Assembly (NCBI GenBank): GCA_964016885.1
Contig: OZ024752.1
Location: 48,608,001 to 48,672,000 of the forward strand
Direction: 5' to 3'
DNA: 64,000 nt
Origin: Eledone cirrhosa
Lineage: Eukaryota
Below the pieces are notes generated by a model that was given only the letters and a program-made list of their open reading frames with translations, was not told the origin of the DNA and searched no databases. The translations under genes and the position numbers were made by a program. This document shows, in pieces, positions 1 through 14,176 of this stretch (position 1 is the stretch's first letter; every line of letters starts with the position of its first letter).

Positions 1-130
1 GAGGAAACTTGAGCAATGTGAAATAAAGTGTCTTGCTCAAGGAAACAACACATTCACCCGGTCTGAGAATTGAACTCACAACCTTTCGATTGCAAGCCCA
101 ATGCTCTAACCACTAAGCCATGTGCCTCCA
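1..130 (-). mobile_element. SINE family A, 5' part (tRNA head + start of CORE-like domain)
   Basis: Reverse complement reads GGAGGCACATGGCTTAGTGGTTAGAGC...GAGTTCAATTCTCAGACCGGG...CCTTGAGCAAGACACTT, matching full copies at 42514, 50312 and 61499. Confidence 0.85.
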
Positions 131-132
131 TG

Positions 133-690
133 TGCACAAGTCTAACAAATTTAGGGGGAGGAGAAAGTAGATTAAATCGACCCCAGTACATTACTGGTAC
201 TTTATATTACCAACCCTGTAAGGATGAGAGGCAAAGTTAAATTCGGTGGGAATTGAACTCAGAACGTAAAGGGCCATAGCACTATGCTGCAAAGCATGGT
301 GTCTGCTGCTCTACTGATACTGCTAATCCAATACCTTTATTGGCTTATAATAATTGTTTCTACTTTTGGCACAAGGCCAGTAATTACCCCAGTGCATTAC
401 TGGTACTTTATTTTATCGACTCCCGTAATGATGAAAGGCAAAGTGAACCCCAGCGCAATTTGAACTCAGAACGTAAAGGGCCATAACTCTATGCCACTAG
501 AGTTATGCAGATATTATATAATAGTTTCAACTTTAGGCACAAGGCCAGCAATTACCCCAGTGCATTACTGGTACTTTATTCTATCGACCCCGTAAGGATG
601 AAATGCAAAATGAACCCCAGCGCGATTTGAACTCAGAACGTAAAGGGCCACAACTCTATGCCACTAGAATTATGCAGATATTATATAATG
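133..690 (-). mobile_element. Cluster of three SINE family B copies (one long variant, then a ~170-bp tandem duplication of a 5'-truncated copy)
   Basis: GAGTTCAAAT B box, CTTTCATCCTTACGGGGTCGATA..AGTACCAGTAATGCACTGGG core and GGCCTTGTGCC-AAAGTAGAAACAATT tail on the minus strand; ~350-520 is repeated at ~521-690. Confidence 0.85.
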
Positions 691-699
691 TATATAGAT

Positions 700-880
700 C
701 ATTGTCAGATGATGTTTGGTTGGTGAAGAAGTGGCAGGAATTGGCAGTGGAAGGAAGCGACAGTAGAGGATGACCAGGATAGACCTGGTCAGAGCTGACC
801 TCAAATCACAGAGATTCACAGAGGAGATGACAAAGGACTGTGGCAAGTGGAGAGATGCTCTGCTGAGATGGACCCAGCAA
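700..880 (+). mobile_element. Degraded RTE-clade LINE 3' ORF fragment
   Basis: Aligns by eye to better copies at 34885 and 51829 (W-V-K-K...DL...EMTKD..W-R-D-A). Confidence 0.65.
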
Positions 881-911
881 ATCATGTGAGGATAGAGAAA
901 CAGAGAGTGGT

Positions 912-1473
912 TGGTGTTGAGTGAGAGTGGCGGTGTTGAGTGTGAGAGGCGGTGTTGAGTGACAGTGGTGGTGTTGAGTGAGAGTGGCGGTGTTGAGTGT
1001 GAGAGGCGGTGTTGAGTGAGAGTGGTGGTGTTGAGTGAGAGTGGCAGTGTTGAGTGTGAGTGGTGGTGTTGAGTGCGTGAGGCAGTGTTGAGTGAGAGTG
1101 GTGGTGTTGAGTGAGAGTGGCAGTGTTGAGTGAGAGTGGTGGTGTTGAGTGAGTGAGGCGGTGTTGAGTGTGAGTGGTGGTGTTGAGTGAGGCGGTGTTG
1201 AGTGTGAGTGGTGGTGTTGAGTGAGTGAGGCGGTGTTGAGTGAGAGTGGTGGTGTTGAGTGAGAGTGGCGGTGTTGAGTGAGAGTGGTGGTGTTGAGTGA
1301 GTGAGGCGGTGGTGAGTGAGAGTGGCAGTGTAGAGGGAGAGTGGTGGTCTTGAGTGAGAGTGGCAGTGTAGAGGGAGAGTGGTGGTGTTGAGTGAGAGTG
1401 GCGGTGTTGAGTGAGAGTGGCAGTGTAGAGGGAGAGTGGTGGTGTTGAGTGAGAGTGGCGGTGTTGAGTGAGA
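912..1473 (+). repeat. 19-bp minisatellite (GGTGTTGAGTGAGAGTGGY), ~29 units
   Basis: Directly visible tandem units with recurring variants; source of ORFs 806-1477 and 882-1535. Confidence 0.9.
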
Positions 1474-1759
1474 GCAAGGGTTAAAAAGACAGCAACTCTC
1501 AACAGAATAAAAGATGTGGCGAAACTAGATGACATTGCAGCTGCTGCTAGTTACTCTTAGTGATGATGGTGATGGTGGTGGTGATGTTGATGATGGTGGT
1601 GGAGATGGTGGTGTGGTGGTGGTGATGATGGTGATGAAGATGGTAATGATGGTGATGATGGTGATGATGGTAATTGGTTATGAGATACCATATGAAACTC
1701 ACTGTGAAGTAAGACAAAAATGTTCTATATTTCTGTATCCATAGTTATCAAAGTCACAC

Positions 1760-3786
<2,027 letters not shown>

Positions 3787-3877
3787 CATAATATTATGTC
3801 TCATATATCTAAATAGTCAGAGACATGAGAGTAAATTCCTATTTACTCGATACAGCTATTGATAGTGAAGGTCATAC

Positions 3878-4645
3878 TGGTGATGATGGTGGTGATGATG
3901 GTGATGGTGGTGGTGGTGGTGGTGGTGGTGGTGGTGGTGATGGTGGTGGTGATGGTGATGGTGGTGGTGATGGTGGTGGTGGTGGTGGTGGTGGTGATGG
4001 TGGTGGTGGTGGTGGTGGTGGTGGTGGTGGTGGTGGTGATGGTGGTGATTGTGGTGATGGTGGTGGTGGTGGTGGTGGTGGTGGTGGTGGTGGTGGTGGT
4101 GATGGTGGTGATTGTGGTGATGGTGGTGGTGATGGTGGTGGTGGTGGTGATGGTGGTGGTGGTGGTGGTGGTGGTGATGGTGGTGGTGGTGATGGTGGTG
4201 GTGATGGTGGTGGTGATAGTAGTGGTGATGGTGGTGGTGGTGGTGGTGGTGGTGGTGGTGGTGGTGATGGTGGTGGTGATGGTGGTGGTGGTGGTGGTGA
4301 TAGTAGCGGTGATGGTGGTGGTGGTGGTGGTGGTGGTGGTGGTGGTGGTGATGGTGGTGGTGGTGGTGGTGATAGTAGTGGTGATGTTGGTGGTGGTGGT
4401 GGTGGTGGTGGTGATAGTAGTGGTGATGGTGGTGGTGGTGATGTTGGCAGTGGTGGTGGTGGTGATAGTAGTGGTGATGGTGGTGGTGGTGGTGGTGATA
4501 GTAGTGGTGGTGGTGGTGGTGGTGATGGCAGTGGTGGTGATGGTGATGTTGGCAGTGATGGTGGTGGTGATGGCAGTGGTGATGGTGGTGATGGTGGTGA
4601 TGGTGATGTTGGCAGTGGTGGTGGTGGTGGTGGTGGTGGTGGTGT
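3878..4645 (+). repeat. (GGT/GAT)n trinucleotide tract
   Basis: Directly visible; gives poly-G/T/V pseudo-ORFs. Related tracts at 1561-1672, 11701-12520, 30115-30825, 55970-56720 and 62610-63010. Confidence 0.95.
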
Positions 4646-4769
4646 ATGTTATGTTATGAGGTTGGGTAAAGATGAAAATGGAAATGAAACTGCTAACCAC
4701 TGCTAGTTGCTATGTAATTTGTAGATCAAAGCAACAATCTTCACTGATTGCTTTACATACACACAGACA

Positions 4770-4819
<50 letters not shown>

Positions 4820-4870
4820 CATGCATACATACACGCACATATATCTATCTATCTATATATATATAAAGAA

Positions 4871-4913
<43 letters not shown>

Positions 4914-5152
4914 TACAAATACATGTATATACATATATACAAATACATGTATATACACATACATATATACAAATAGATGTATATGCATATACATATATAC
5001 AGATACATGTACACACATATACATATATACAAACACACGTATATAGATATACATACACACACATATATACATATTTGTATATGTGTGAATGTATATGATG
5101 TTGATATATATATATATATACAAACATATATATATATATAAATATATATACA

Positions 5153-5184
<32 letters not shown>

Positions 5185-5380
5185 ACTATATATACATATA
5201 TACACACATATATATATATAGGTATGTATATGATAAACACTTACTTCATAGAAATTGTCGATAATCTATTGTGATTTCTATAATTATCTAAAAAAAGTTT
5301 ATATATAATATAAACTATTCCCAAAAGTCCCCCTGTAGTGAAACTGTCTGGGTGTTGATATTGGGCTGAATTGTAAACAC

Positions 5381-6021
5381 AAGGCACATGGCTTAGTGGT
5401 TAGAGCATCGGGCTTGCAATCAAAAGGTTGTGAGTTCAATTCCCAGACCGGGTGATGTGTTGTTTCCTTGAGCAAAACACTTCATTTCACATTGCTCCAG
5501 TTTACTCAGCTGTAGTAATGAGATGATAGGGACTGGGGTCCCTATCATTCCACTGCAAAGTGGTCGTGGAGGTGCCACAGCAAAAAAGCACCCAGCCCAC
5601 ACTGTAAAGTGGACATGTAGGCGCCATGGCAATAAAGCACCCAGCCCACACTGTAAAGTGGACGTGGAGGCGCCACGGCAAAAAAGCACCCAGCCCACAC
5701 TGTAAAGTGGACGTGTAGGCGCCATGGCATTAAAGCACCCAGCCCACACTGTAAAGTGGACGTGTAGGCGCCATGGCAATAAAGCACCCAGCCCACACTG
5801 TAAAGTGGACGTGGAGGCGCCACGGCAAAAAAAGCACCCAGCACTCACTGTAAATGAGGTTGGTGTTAGGAAGGGCATCCAGCTGTAGAAATCAAGCCAG
5901 AATCAGTTCCCGTACGAGCAAGACAAGGTCAGCCGACCGGACACTGCCACAACAGGACAACCCGTCTAACCCATGCTAGCGTGGAAGAACGGACGTAAAC
6001 CGGTGATGATGATGATGATGA
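5381..6021 (+). mobile_element. Full SINE family A copy with long (A2) tail and five extra internal 49-bp units
   Basis: A box TGGCTTAGTGG, B box GAGTTCAATTC, CORE-like CCTTGAGCAAAACACTT...CAGTTTACTCAGCTGTA, 49-bp units starting ~5580, 5629, 5678, 5727, 5776, (GAT)n tail. Confidence 0.9.
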
Positions 6022-6059
6022 ATACTGGAGCATCGTCCTTAAGGGATTTAGACACAGAC

Positions 6060-6571
6060 ACATCATCATCATCATCATCACCGTTTTACGTCCATTCTTC
6101 CAAGCTAGCTTGGGTTAAACGGGTTGTCCTGTTGTGGCAGTGTCCGGTCGGCTGACCTTGTCTTGCTCGTACGGGAACTGATTCTGGCTTGATTTCTACA
6201 GCTGGATGCCCTTCCTAACACCAACCTCATTTACAGTGAGTGCTGGGTGCTTTTTTTGCCGTGGCGCCTCCACGTCCACTTTACAGTGTGGGCTGGGTGC
6301 TTTTTTTGCCGTGGCGCCTCCACGTCCACTTTACAGTGTGGGCTGGGTGCTTTTTTGCCGTGGTGCCTACACGTCCACTTTACAGTGTGGGCTGGGGGCT
6401 TTTTTGCCGTGGAACCTACACGTCCACTTTACAGTGTGGGCTGGGTGCTTTTTTGCCGTGGAACCTACACGTCCACTTTACAGTGTGGGCTGGGGGCTTT
6501 TTTGCCGTGGCGCCTACACGTCCACTTTACAGTGTGGGCTGGGTGCTTTAATGCCATGGCGCCTACACGTC
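6060..6571 (-). mobile_element. 3' half of SINE A / RTE 3'UTR with ~6 x 49-bp units, inverted relative to 5381-6021
   Basis: Near-identical reverse complement of 5571-6020. Confidence 0.9.
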
Positions 6572-6835
6572 ATCAGTTGAACAAAAAAAAGAGTCTAACT
6601 CTTATGAAAGAAGAAGACTTTCCTGGCCATATTTCTAATAGGGACAGGAAATAGATAAAGGATATAAAGGGCCCTGGAGATGGAGTGAATGGTGGAGTGG
6701 GAGTGGGAGAGAAATAGACTCTATTGACAGTCGATCAACAAGATCCCAGACCTCGTCAAATCGGACCGAGGAAACAATGTTTCCATTGGTCTTTCCAATT
6801 GCTAATACTATCTACCGGTCGCAAATCCAGGCAGA

Positions 6836-6956
6836 AGGAGCAAGGTGAAATAAAGTATCTTGCTGAAGTACATAACGAATCACCCGGTCTGGGGATTGAA
6901 CTCACAACCTTACAATTGTGAATTCAATTGTCTCACCACTCAGACATGTGTCTTCA
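6836..6956 (-). mobile_element. Old degenerate SINE A head
   Basis: GTGAAATAAAGTATCTTGCT...CACCCGGTCTGGGGATTGAACTCACAACC resembles 14-130. Confidence 0.65.
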
Positions 6957-7242
6957 CTAATATACTTTATCTTCATTAATAAATGAAGAATTTCGAAGGA
7001 TTTATTGATATTATTAATTATTCCATTATTAAGATAATAACTTAATGTATGTGTTCGTATATAAAATCATGTTGGAAGATTTTAATTTAAATAGGAATCC
7101 TTTAAAATGGGGGGCTTTTGTTTCCTAGATCCAGTGCCAGTTCTGGGTGATTTGGTATCAAAAGGGTTAAAGAGGGCATTAAGGTTAGGTGGTAATTGTG
7201 TGGAGGATGTGCTGTGGGTGTTTCATAATATATATTATAATT

Positions 7243-7250
7243 CAGAGAGA

Positions 7251-7293
<43 letters not shown>

Positions 7294-7467
7294 GGAGAGA
7301 GAGGGAGAGAGAGAGAGAGAGAGACATAGAGAGAGGGAGAAAGATAATAGATATCTTTCTAGAGAGAGAGAGAGAGGGGAAGAAAGAGAGAAAGAGGAAG
7401 TGACAGAGAGAGAGACATGGATAGGTGGAGAGAGAGAGAGAGAGAGAGAGAGTAGAGAGACATGGAT

Positions 7468-7504
<37 letters not shown>

Positions 7505-7700
7505 GATAGAGAGGGAGAGAAACAGAGAGAGAGTGTGAGGAAGACAGATAGATATCTTTCTCGATACAGAGAGAGAGAGAGAGAGAGGGAGGGAGGGAGA
7601 GAGAGAAATATAAAGAGGGAGAGAGACAGAGAGAGAGGGAGAGAGTGTGAGGAAGATAGATAGATATCTTTCTCGATAGAGAGAGAGAGAGAGGGAGAGA
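7243..7700 (+). repeat. (GA)n-rich compound microsatellite
   Basis: Directly visible; similar at 10868-11352 and 43175-43483. Confidence 0.9.
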
Positions 7701-7956
7701 GGGGGCTGTGGCCAAAAGTTATGGCAGCCCCTCCCATATTGGTGTAGTTTAATATGATTGAAGGTTTGCTTGCAAGTTAGGTTGGTATCTTTAAAGGAGA
7801 TTTTCTTTTGATATAAGAAGAGAGAGGAGGGGGGAGGGGGAGCACGGCAGGGGAGAGGGGGGGAGGAGGGGGGGGGGGAGTGATTCTGGTAGGTTGCATC
7901 AGATCTTTCTGGAAGGTTGAATTTAGGATTGGCTACAGTGTCTTGTAGATGGTTCG

Positions 7957-8038
7957 GGTGAGGTGAGGTGAGGTGAGGTGAGGTGAGGTGAGGTGAGGTG
8001 AGGTGAGGTGAGGTGAGGTGAGGTGAGGTGAGGTGAGG
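7957..8038 (+). repeat. (GAGGT)n pentanucleotide repeat, ~16 units
   Basis: Directly visible. Confidence 0.95.
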
Positions 8039-8092
8039 CAAAGTAAAAGTAATGGGAAGAGATGATATATATATATCACTGTACATATACTG

Positions 8093-8126
<34 letters not shown>

Positions 8127-8167
8127 CTGTACATATACTGTATATATATATATACACTGTACATATA

Positions 8168-8203
<36 letters not shown>

Positions 8204-8249
8204 TGTACATATACTGTATATATATATATATATATACACTGCACATATA

Positions 8250-8291
<42 letters not shown>

Positions 8292-8301
8292 TGTACATAT
8301 A

Positions 8302-8343
<42 letters not shown>

Positions 8344-8651
8344 TGTACATATACTGTATATATATATATATATACACTGTACATATACTGTATATATATA
8401 TATATATATATAAATGAGAGGTATAGAGATTGTTTTAGCAAGAAGCTAACGGCATTCTATAACATATATGCGACTATAACGTCAAGATGGGAAAAGTAGT
8501 TAACGAAAGATTTAGGAAAAATAACTCAAACTCATCTCAAAAGAGAATCAGGATACAAATTCATCCACAGAATTTAGTGAAATCCAGGGAAAAATCTATA
8601 GACCTTTAACTCATGATAAAATAAAGTTTGAAACACTTATCCTTCAATATA

Positions 8652-8990
8652 TCATCATCATCATCATCATCACCGTTTTACGTCCGTTCTTCCACGCTAG
8701 CATGGGTTAGACGGGTTGTCCTGTTGTAGGCAGTGTCTGGTCGGCTGACCATGCCTTGCTCATACAGGAACTGATCTGGCTTGATTTCTACAGCTGGATG
8801 CCCTTCCTAACACCAACCTCATTTACAGTGAGTGCTGGGTGCTTTTTCGTGGCGCCTACACGTCCACTTTACAGTGTGGGCTGGGTGCTTTTTTGCCGTG
8901 GCACCTCCACGACCACCTTGCGGTGGGGGGGCATATTGTTTATATGCTTCAGCATGTACCCATGGGAGGTCGGGTACCCTGTATTACCCT
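8652..8990 (-). mobile_element. RTE-type LINE 3' end (family D: ORF end + 3'UTR shared with SINE A body and A2 tail)
   Basis: Minus strand [11 protein letters not shown] followed by GTGGTCGTGGAGGTGCCACGG...AGGAAGGGCATCCAGCTGTAG...CCGTCTAACCCATGCTAGCGTGG (GAT)n. Confidence 0.75.
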
Positions 8991-9032
8991 GTATATATAT
9001 ATATATATATATATACACTGTACATATACTGT

Positions 9033-9065
<33 letters not shown>

Positions 9066-9068
9066 CAT

Positions 9069-9132
<64 letters not shown>

Positions 9133-9146
9133 GCATACATATATAC

Positions 9147-9216
<70 letters not shown>

Positions 9217-9471
9217 GTTTCTACTTTTGGCACAAGGCCAGCAATTACCCAGTGCATTAACCCATGCTAGCGTGGAAGATGGACGTTAAACGATGATGAT
9301 GATGATGATGATGATAATAATTACTGGTACTTTATTCTATCGACCCCCGTAAGGATGAAAGGCTAAGTTAACCTCGGCGCATGATAATGATAATAGTAGT
9401 GTTGTTGGTGACAATGAAAATGATGATGATGATGATGATGATGGCAATGGTGATTGTAGTGATAGTGATGC

Positions 9472-9517
<46 letters not shown>

Positions 9518-9979
9518 CCAGAAGGATCCAATCTATTTTATCGTTTACCAATTACTGTGATACATTCTCCCAAAGAAAACCCCATAAAAAAACAAAAACC
9601 CTACTCCCCTAAAAAAAAAAACAACAAAAAGAAAGAACCCCCCCCCCCCCCCCCCAAAATTAACCCTTTAACTCTCCAGCCCCCTTTACCCATCACACCT
9701 CAATGAACAGAAGCTTAATGAACATTCCACCAACTCATCCATGCCAACCCAACACCTCACCACACACTCCATTTACTGCAAAGAAGAATTCCTGGATTTT
9801 TCTACTTTTCTTTCTTTCAATCCACCACAAAACCCCACCCACCCAGCCCCACCACCCCAAATGTTTCTTTTCTAAATTTTAGTTTATTTTTATTTAAGTC
9901 TCCGCCCCTCCCCCATCCGCCCCACCACTCCCTCTATTTAGTTCATCATTCAAAAGTGATATTTTCTTTCAACATAAAC

Positions 9980-10563
9980 TTAACTCTTTAGTATTTACAT
10001 TACTCTAAAAACACTTTTGTATTTTCATGGTAAAGGCTTTATCTCACATAATATCTCAAATAACATTCACATTACTCTATATATACTTTTGTATTTTCAT
10101 GGTAAAGGCTTTATCTCACATAATATCTCAAATAACATTCACATTACTCTATATATACTTTTGTATTTTCATGGTAAAGGCTTTATCTCACATAATATCT
10201 CAAATAACATTCACATTACTCTATATATACTTTTGTATTTTCATGGTAAAGGCTTTATCTCACATAATATCTCAAATAACATTCACATTACTCTATATAT
10301 ACTTTTGTATTTTCATGGTAAAGGCTTTATCTCACATAATATCTCAAATAACATTCACATTACTCTATATATACTTTTGTATTTTCATGGTAAAGGCTTT
10401 ATCTCACATAATTATCTCACATAACATCGAATCTATGAGATTTTGAAAGTATTTATTTTGAGAACAATGCCTTAACATCAGTTTGAGTGACCAGTTACAG
10501 CCAGTTTCAACGGAAAAAGGTAGAGAAATCTGACCGGTTTTGGCTGGTTTGAACATTAAAGGG
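9980..10563. mobile_element. TTAA MITE (family C) with ~6 x 72-bp internal tandem array
   Basis: TTAA-CTCTTTAGTATTTAC left end, ACATTAAAGGG right end (right TTAA lost); 72-bp period (10017 to 10089). Confidence 0.8.
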
Positions 10564-12616
10564 TGGGTGAGGGTTGTGGGATGGTGAGGGCGGTGGGATG
10601 GGGTGGGTGAGGCTGGTGGGACAGGGTGGGTGAGGATGGTGAGGCTGGGGTGAGGGTGAGGGTGGTGGGTGTTAATGATGGAAAAAAGATTGAATTTGAG
10701 GGTCAAATTATTTTTCTTCGTTCTGATACCATCTATAAATGGATTCTAGTCGGGGGGGGGGGGGGCACGGAGAAAGGTGTGTATGTGGGGGGGGGGTTAA
10801 AGAAAACTTTGGAAAAAAATACTACAAGTTATAAATAAAATATAATAAAATAAGATAGCTTGCTAGCTAGAGAGAGAGAGGGGGAGGGAGAGAGTGGGAG
10901 TGAGTGAATGAGAGAGAGAGAGAGAGAGAGGGAAAGAGAGATAGAAAGAGAGAGTCAGAGACAGCGAGAAGGAGAGTGTGAGAGAGATAGAGAGATTGAA
11001 AGAGAGTGAGAGAGAGAGAATGAGAGAAAGAATGAGAGATTGAAAGAGAGTGAGAGATTGAAAGAGAGTGAGAGAGAGAGATTGAGAGAGAGTGAGAGAG
11101 AGATTGAAAGAGAGTGAGAGAGAGAGATTGAGAGAGAGTGAGAGAGAGTGAGAGAGAGAGATTGTGAGAGAGGGAGAGAGAGAGATTGTGAGAGAGTGAG
11201 AGAGAGGGAAAGAGAGATAGAAAGAGAGAGTCAGAGACAGAAAGAAGGAGAGTGTGAGAGAGAGAGATTGAAAGAGAGTGAGAGAGAGAGAGTGAGAGAG
11301 AGATTGAAAGAGAAAGAGTTAGAGTTAGAGAGAGATTAAAGAAAGAGAGAGACAAATGCTAAAAAAAAAAAAAATGTTTTTTTGAAGGAAAGCTAGAAAA
11401 AAATAAAGAGATTATTTCCTTAAATTCCCAATTCAAATAAATGCTATATGGTTCTGTGTTGAACATGTTGTGACTAGAATTAGCTTCGACTGTCTAATGA
11501 AAGAAGAAGAGACCCTTTATTGGGGAACATAATTATCATTAACCTAAGTGCTTCTCAACCCCCTCTTCCTTAATTTCTTTCTTTTTGCTGCCATGAAGCA
11601 GCAAGCAGGCCCATTGCATTAACTAATTACTTGATCAATCAACACAGGTCCTTTACTAATTTATTCTGGACTGTTACTACAGCTGTTTTTCTTCTTCTTC
11701 TTGTTGATATTGTTGTTGTTGGTGGTGGTGGTTGTGGTGTTGGTGTTGGTGGTGTTGTTGGTGTTGGTGGTGGTGGTTGTGGTGTTGGTGATGGTATTGT
11801 TGGTGGTGTTGTTGATGGTGGTGGTGGTTGTGGTGTTGGTGTTGGTGGTGTTGTTGGTGTTGGTGGTGGTGGTTGTGGTGTTGGTGATGGTATTGTTGGT
11901 GGTGTTGTTGATGGTGGTGGTGATGTTGGTGATGGTATTGTTGATGGTGTTGTTGATGGTGGTGGTGATGTTGGTGATGGTATTGTTGGTGGTGTTGTTG
12001 GTGTTGGTGGTGGTGGTGGTGGTGGTTGTGGTGGTGGTGGTGGTGTTGCTGGTGTTGGTGGTGATGTTGGTGGTGGTGTTGGTGATGGTATTGTTGGTGG
12101 TGTTGTTGGTGTTGGTGGTGGTGGTGGTGGTGGTGGTTGTGGTAGTTGTGGTGTTGGTGGTGGTGTTGGTGGTGTTGGTGGTGGTGGTGTTGGTGTTGGT
12201 GTTGGTGGTGTTGTTGCTGGTGTTGGAGGTGATGTTGTTGATGGTGTTGGTGGTGGTGTTGGTGGTGTTATTGTTGGTGGTGTTGTTGATGGTGTTGGTA
12301 TTGGTGTTGGTGGTGTTGGTGTTGATGGTGTTGGTGTTATTGTTGGTGGTGGTGTTGATGGTGGTGTTGATAGTGGTGTTGGTGGTGTTGATGGTGTTGG
12401 TGTTGGTGGTGGTGTTGATGTTGGTGTTGATGTTGGTGGTAATGTTGTTACTGATGTTGTTGGTCTTGTTGATGTTGTTGTTGTTGTTGATATTGTTGTT
12501 GGTGGTGTTGGTGGTGCTGGTATTTACTGCCTTTTTTTATCTTTTGTTTTGTTTTATTATTTTCTTGCTACTGCTACTACAACTACCAATACTGTTATGG
12601 TTTGTTTGTATGTATG

Positions 12617-12665
<49 letters not shown>

Positions 12666-12861
12666 ATATGTGTGTATGTATTTGCATGTGCGTATATGTA
12701 TATGTGTGTATGTATATATTTATGTACGTGTGTGTGTACGTATGTGTGTATGTATATGTGTATATGTGTATGTGTGTGTATGTGCTTATGTATATGCATG
12801 TGTATGTATATATATATATATGTTTGTGTGTATATGTAGATGTGTGTATGGTGTAGATGTA

Positions 12862-13145
12862 TAATGGTTGAATGGTAACTTAGTTTGCTTTGCAACCAAT
12901 AGGTTCAGGGTTCAATCCCTTTTGACCAAGTATTATCTACCATAGCCTTACGTCCCTTTACGATCTGAGTTCAAATCCCGCCGAGGTTGACTTTGCCTTT
13001 CATCCTTACGGGGTCGATAAAATAAAGTACCAGTAATGCACTGGGTAATTGCTGGCCTTGTGCCTAAAGTAGAAACAGTTATCTACCATAACCTTGTATC
13101 GTCCCAACCCTTGTGAGTGAAAATCGGGTAGACAGAAACTATTTA
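12862..13145 (+). mobile_element. Degenerate third SINE family interrupted by a 5'-truncated SINE B (12948-13078)
   Basis: tRNA-like head with GGTTCAATCCC; SINE B flanked by 17-bp TSD TTATCTACCATA(G/A)CCTT at 12933-12949 and 13079-13095. Confidence 0.7.
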
Positions 13146-13638
13146 AAAGCCTGTCAAATGGACTGCACCCAGGGCCAGATTTAGGCCTCTCAAACAAACC
13201 TGGTTCTTGTATCTCACACACTGGCTCCATTTTTATCCAGGGAGAATATCTGGCTGTAAAATACTGCTTCAAAAAGAACCTCAAGATGAATATAAAATAC
13301 GCCAGGGGCCTGAACAGTTAACATCTGTTTAGGAGCAGAAATAGCTTTAAAATACTTGTCATATATGCTGTGATTAATGTAAATAATTTATGTAAAATGG
13401 AGATGTTACTTTTATACTAGCATGTACAGTATATGTAATTAAAAAATGTCTCTTCAAACTTCTTGAAATGTCATCTTTATTTCAGAAATAAATTTGATTT
13501 ACATTAATATATAAATATGATGCATAATAGATGTTCATTAAGTATTCTTGTTAATGTGTAGTTTTGAGGAGGAATTCTATCATTCTAATAAACATTTTAG
13601 ATAACTATGTATGGATTATTCTCAGAATGGTTAATGAT

Positions 13639-13877
13639 TTAACCCTTTAGTATTTAAACTGGCCATATCTGGCCAGAATTCTCTCACTTCTTCTGTTCAA
13701 ACTGGCCATCACTAGCTGTTCATTCTTATGTTAAGGTATTGTTCTCAACATAAATAATTGTTTCTACTTTTGGCACATCACATAGATTCAATATTATGTG
13801 AATAATTATGTAAAATAAAGCTTTTACTGTGAAAATATAATAGTAGGTATAGAGTGATGTAAATACTAAAGGGTTAA
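13639..13877. mobile_element. TTAA MITE (family C) carrying a short SINE B tail insertion
   Basis: TTAA-CCCTTTAGTATTTA ... TAAATACTAAAGGG-TTAA; SINE B tail at ~13755-13777. Confidence 0.9.
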
Positions 13878-14176
13878 TTCTTTTGATATGAAACAAGCCA
13901 AAACCGGCTCTGGTTCTATGAAATAACATTTTTACAGAGTCTCTTTGAATTAAAAATATCCCAACACAATTATACAGGGTGTCCCTAGAGTCTGGACACA
14001 TACTCTTGGGTTTTGAATACTCTGGGGTAGACCACAGTCCATCTAACTAACAATAGTTACTTCAGGGCAGTCCACAGTCCATCTAACTAAAATGTACTTC
14101 AGCATTGTTAACAGTCTTCAGTTCACCTAACTGAAAAGGGATAATGTTGATTGATTCAGAAATGTTTCATTTAGAG

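Noticed and set aside
3825-4706. Gly/Asp-rich 293-aa ORF (also the Gly/Val-rich ORFs at 11631 and 55855 and the Met/Asp-rich ORF at 30108)
   Set aside because: Trinucleotide repeats open in several frames, with no third-position variation, domain or splice context
5580-5830. CRISPR-like regular repeats (also 15750 and 31178)
   Set aside because: Head-to-tail units without unique spacers, eukaryotic context, no cas genes
10017-10446. 24-aa repeat ORFs resembling repeat proteins (also 40812-41385)
   Set aside because: They are the 72-bp MITE array; the homologous array at 38890 has frameshifting 70/73-bp units and stops
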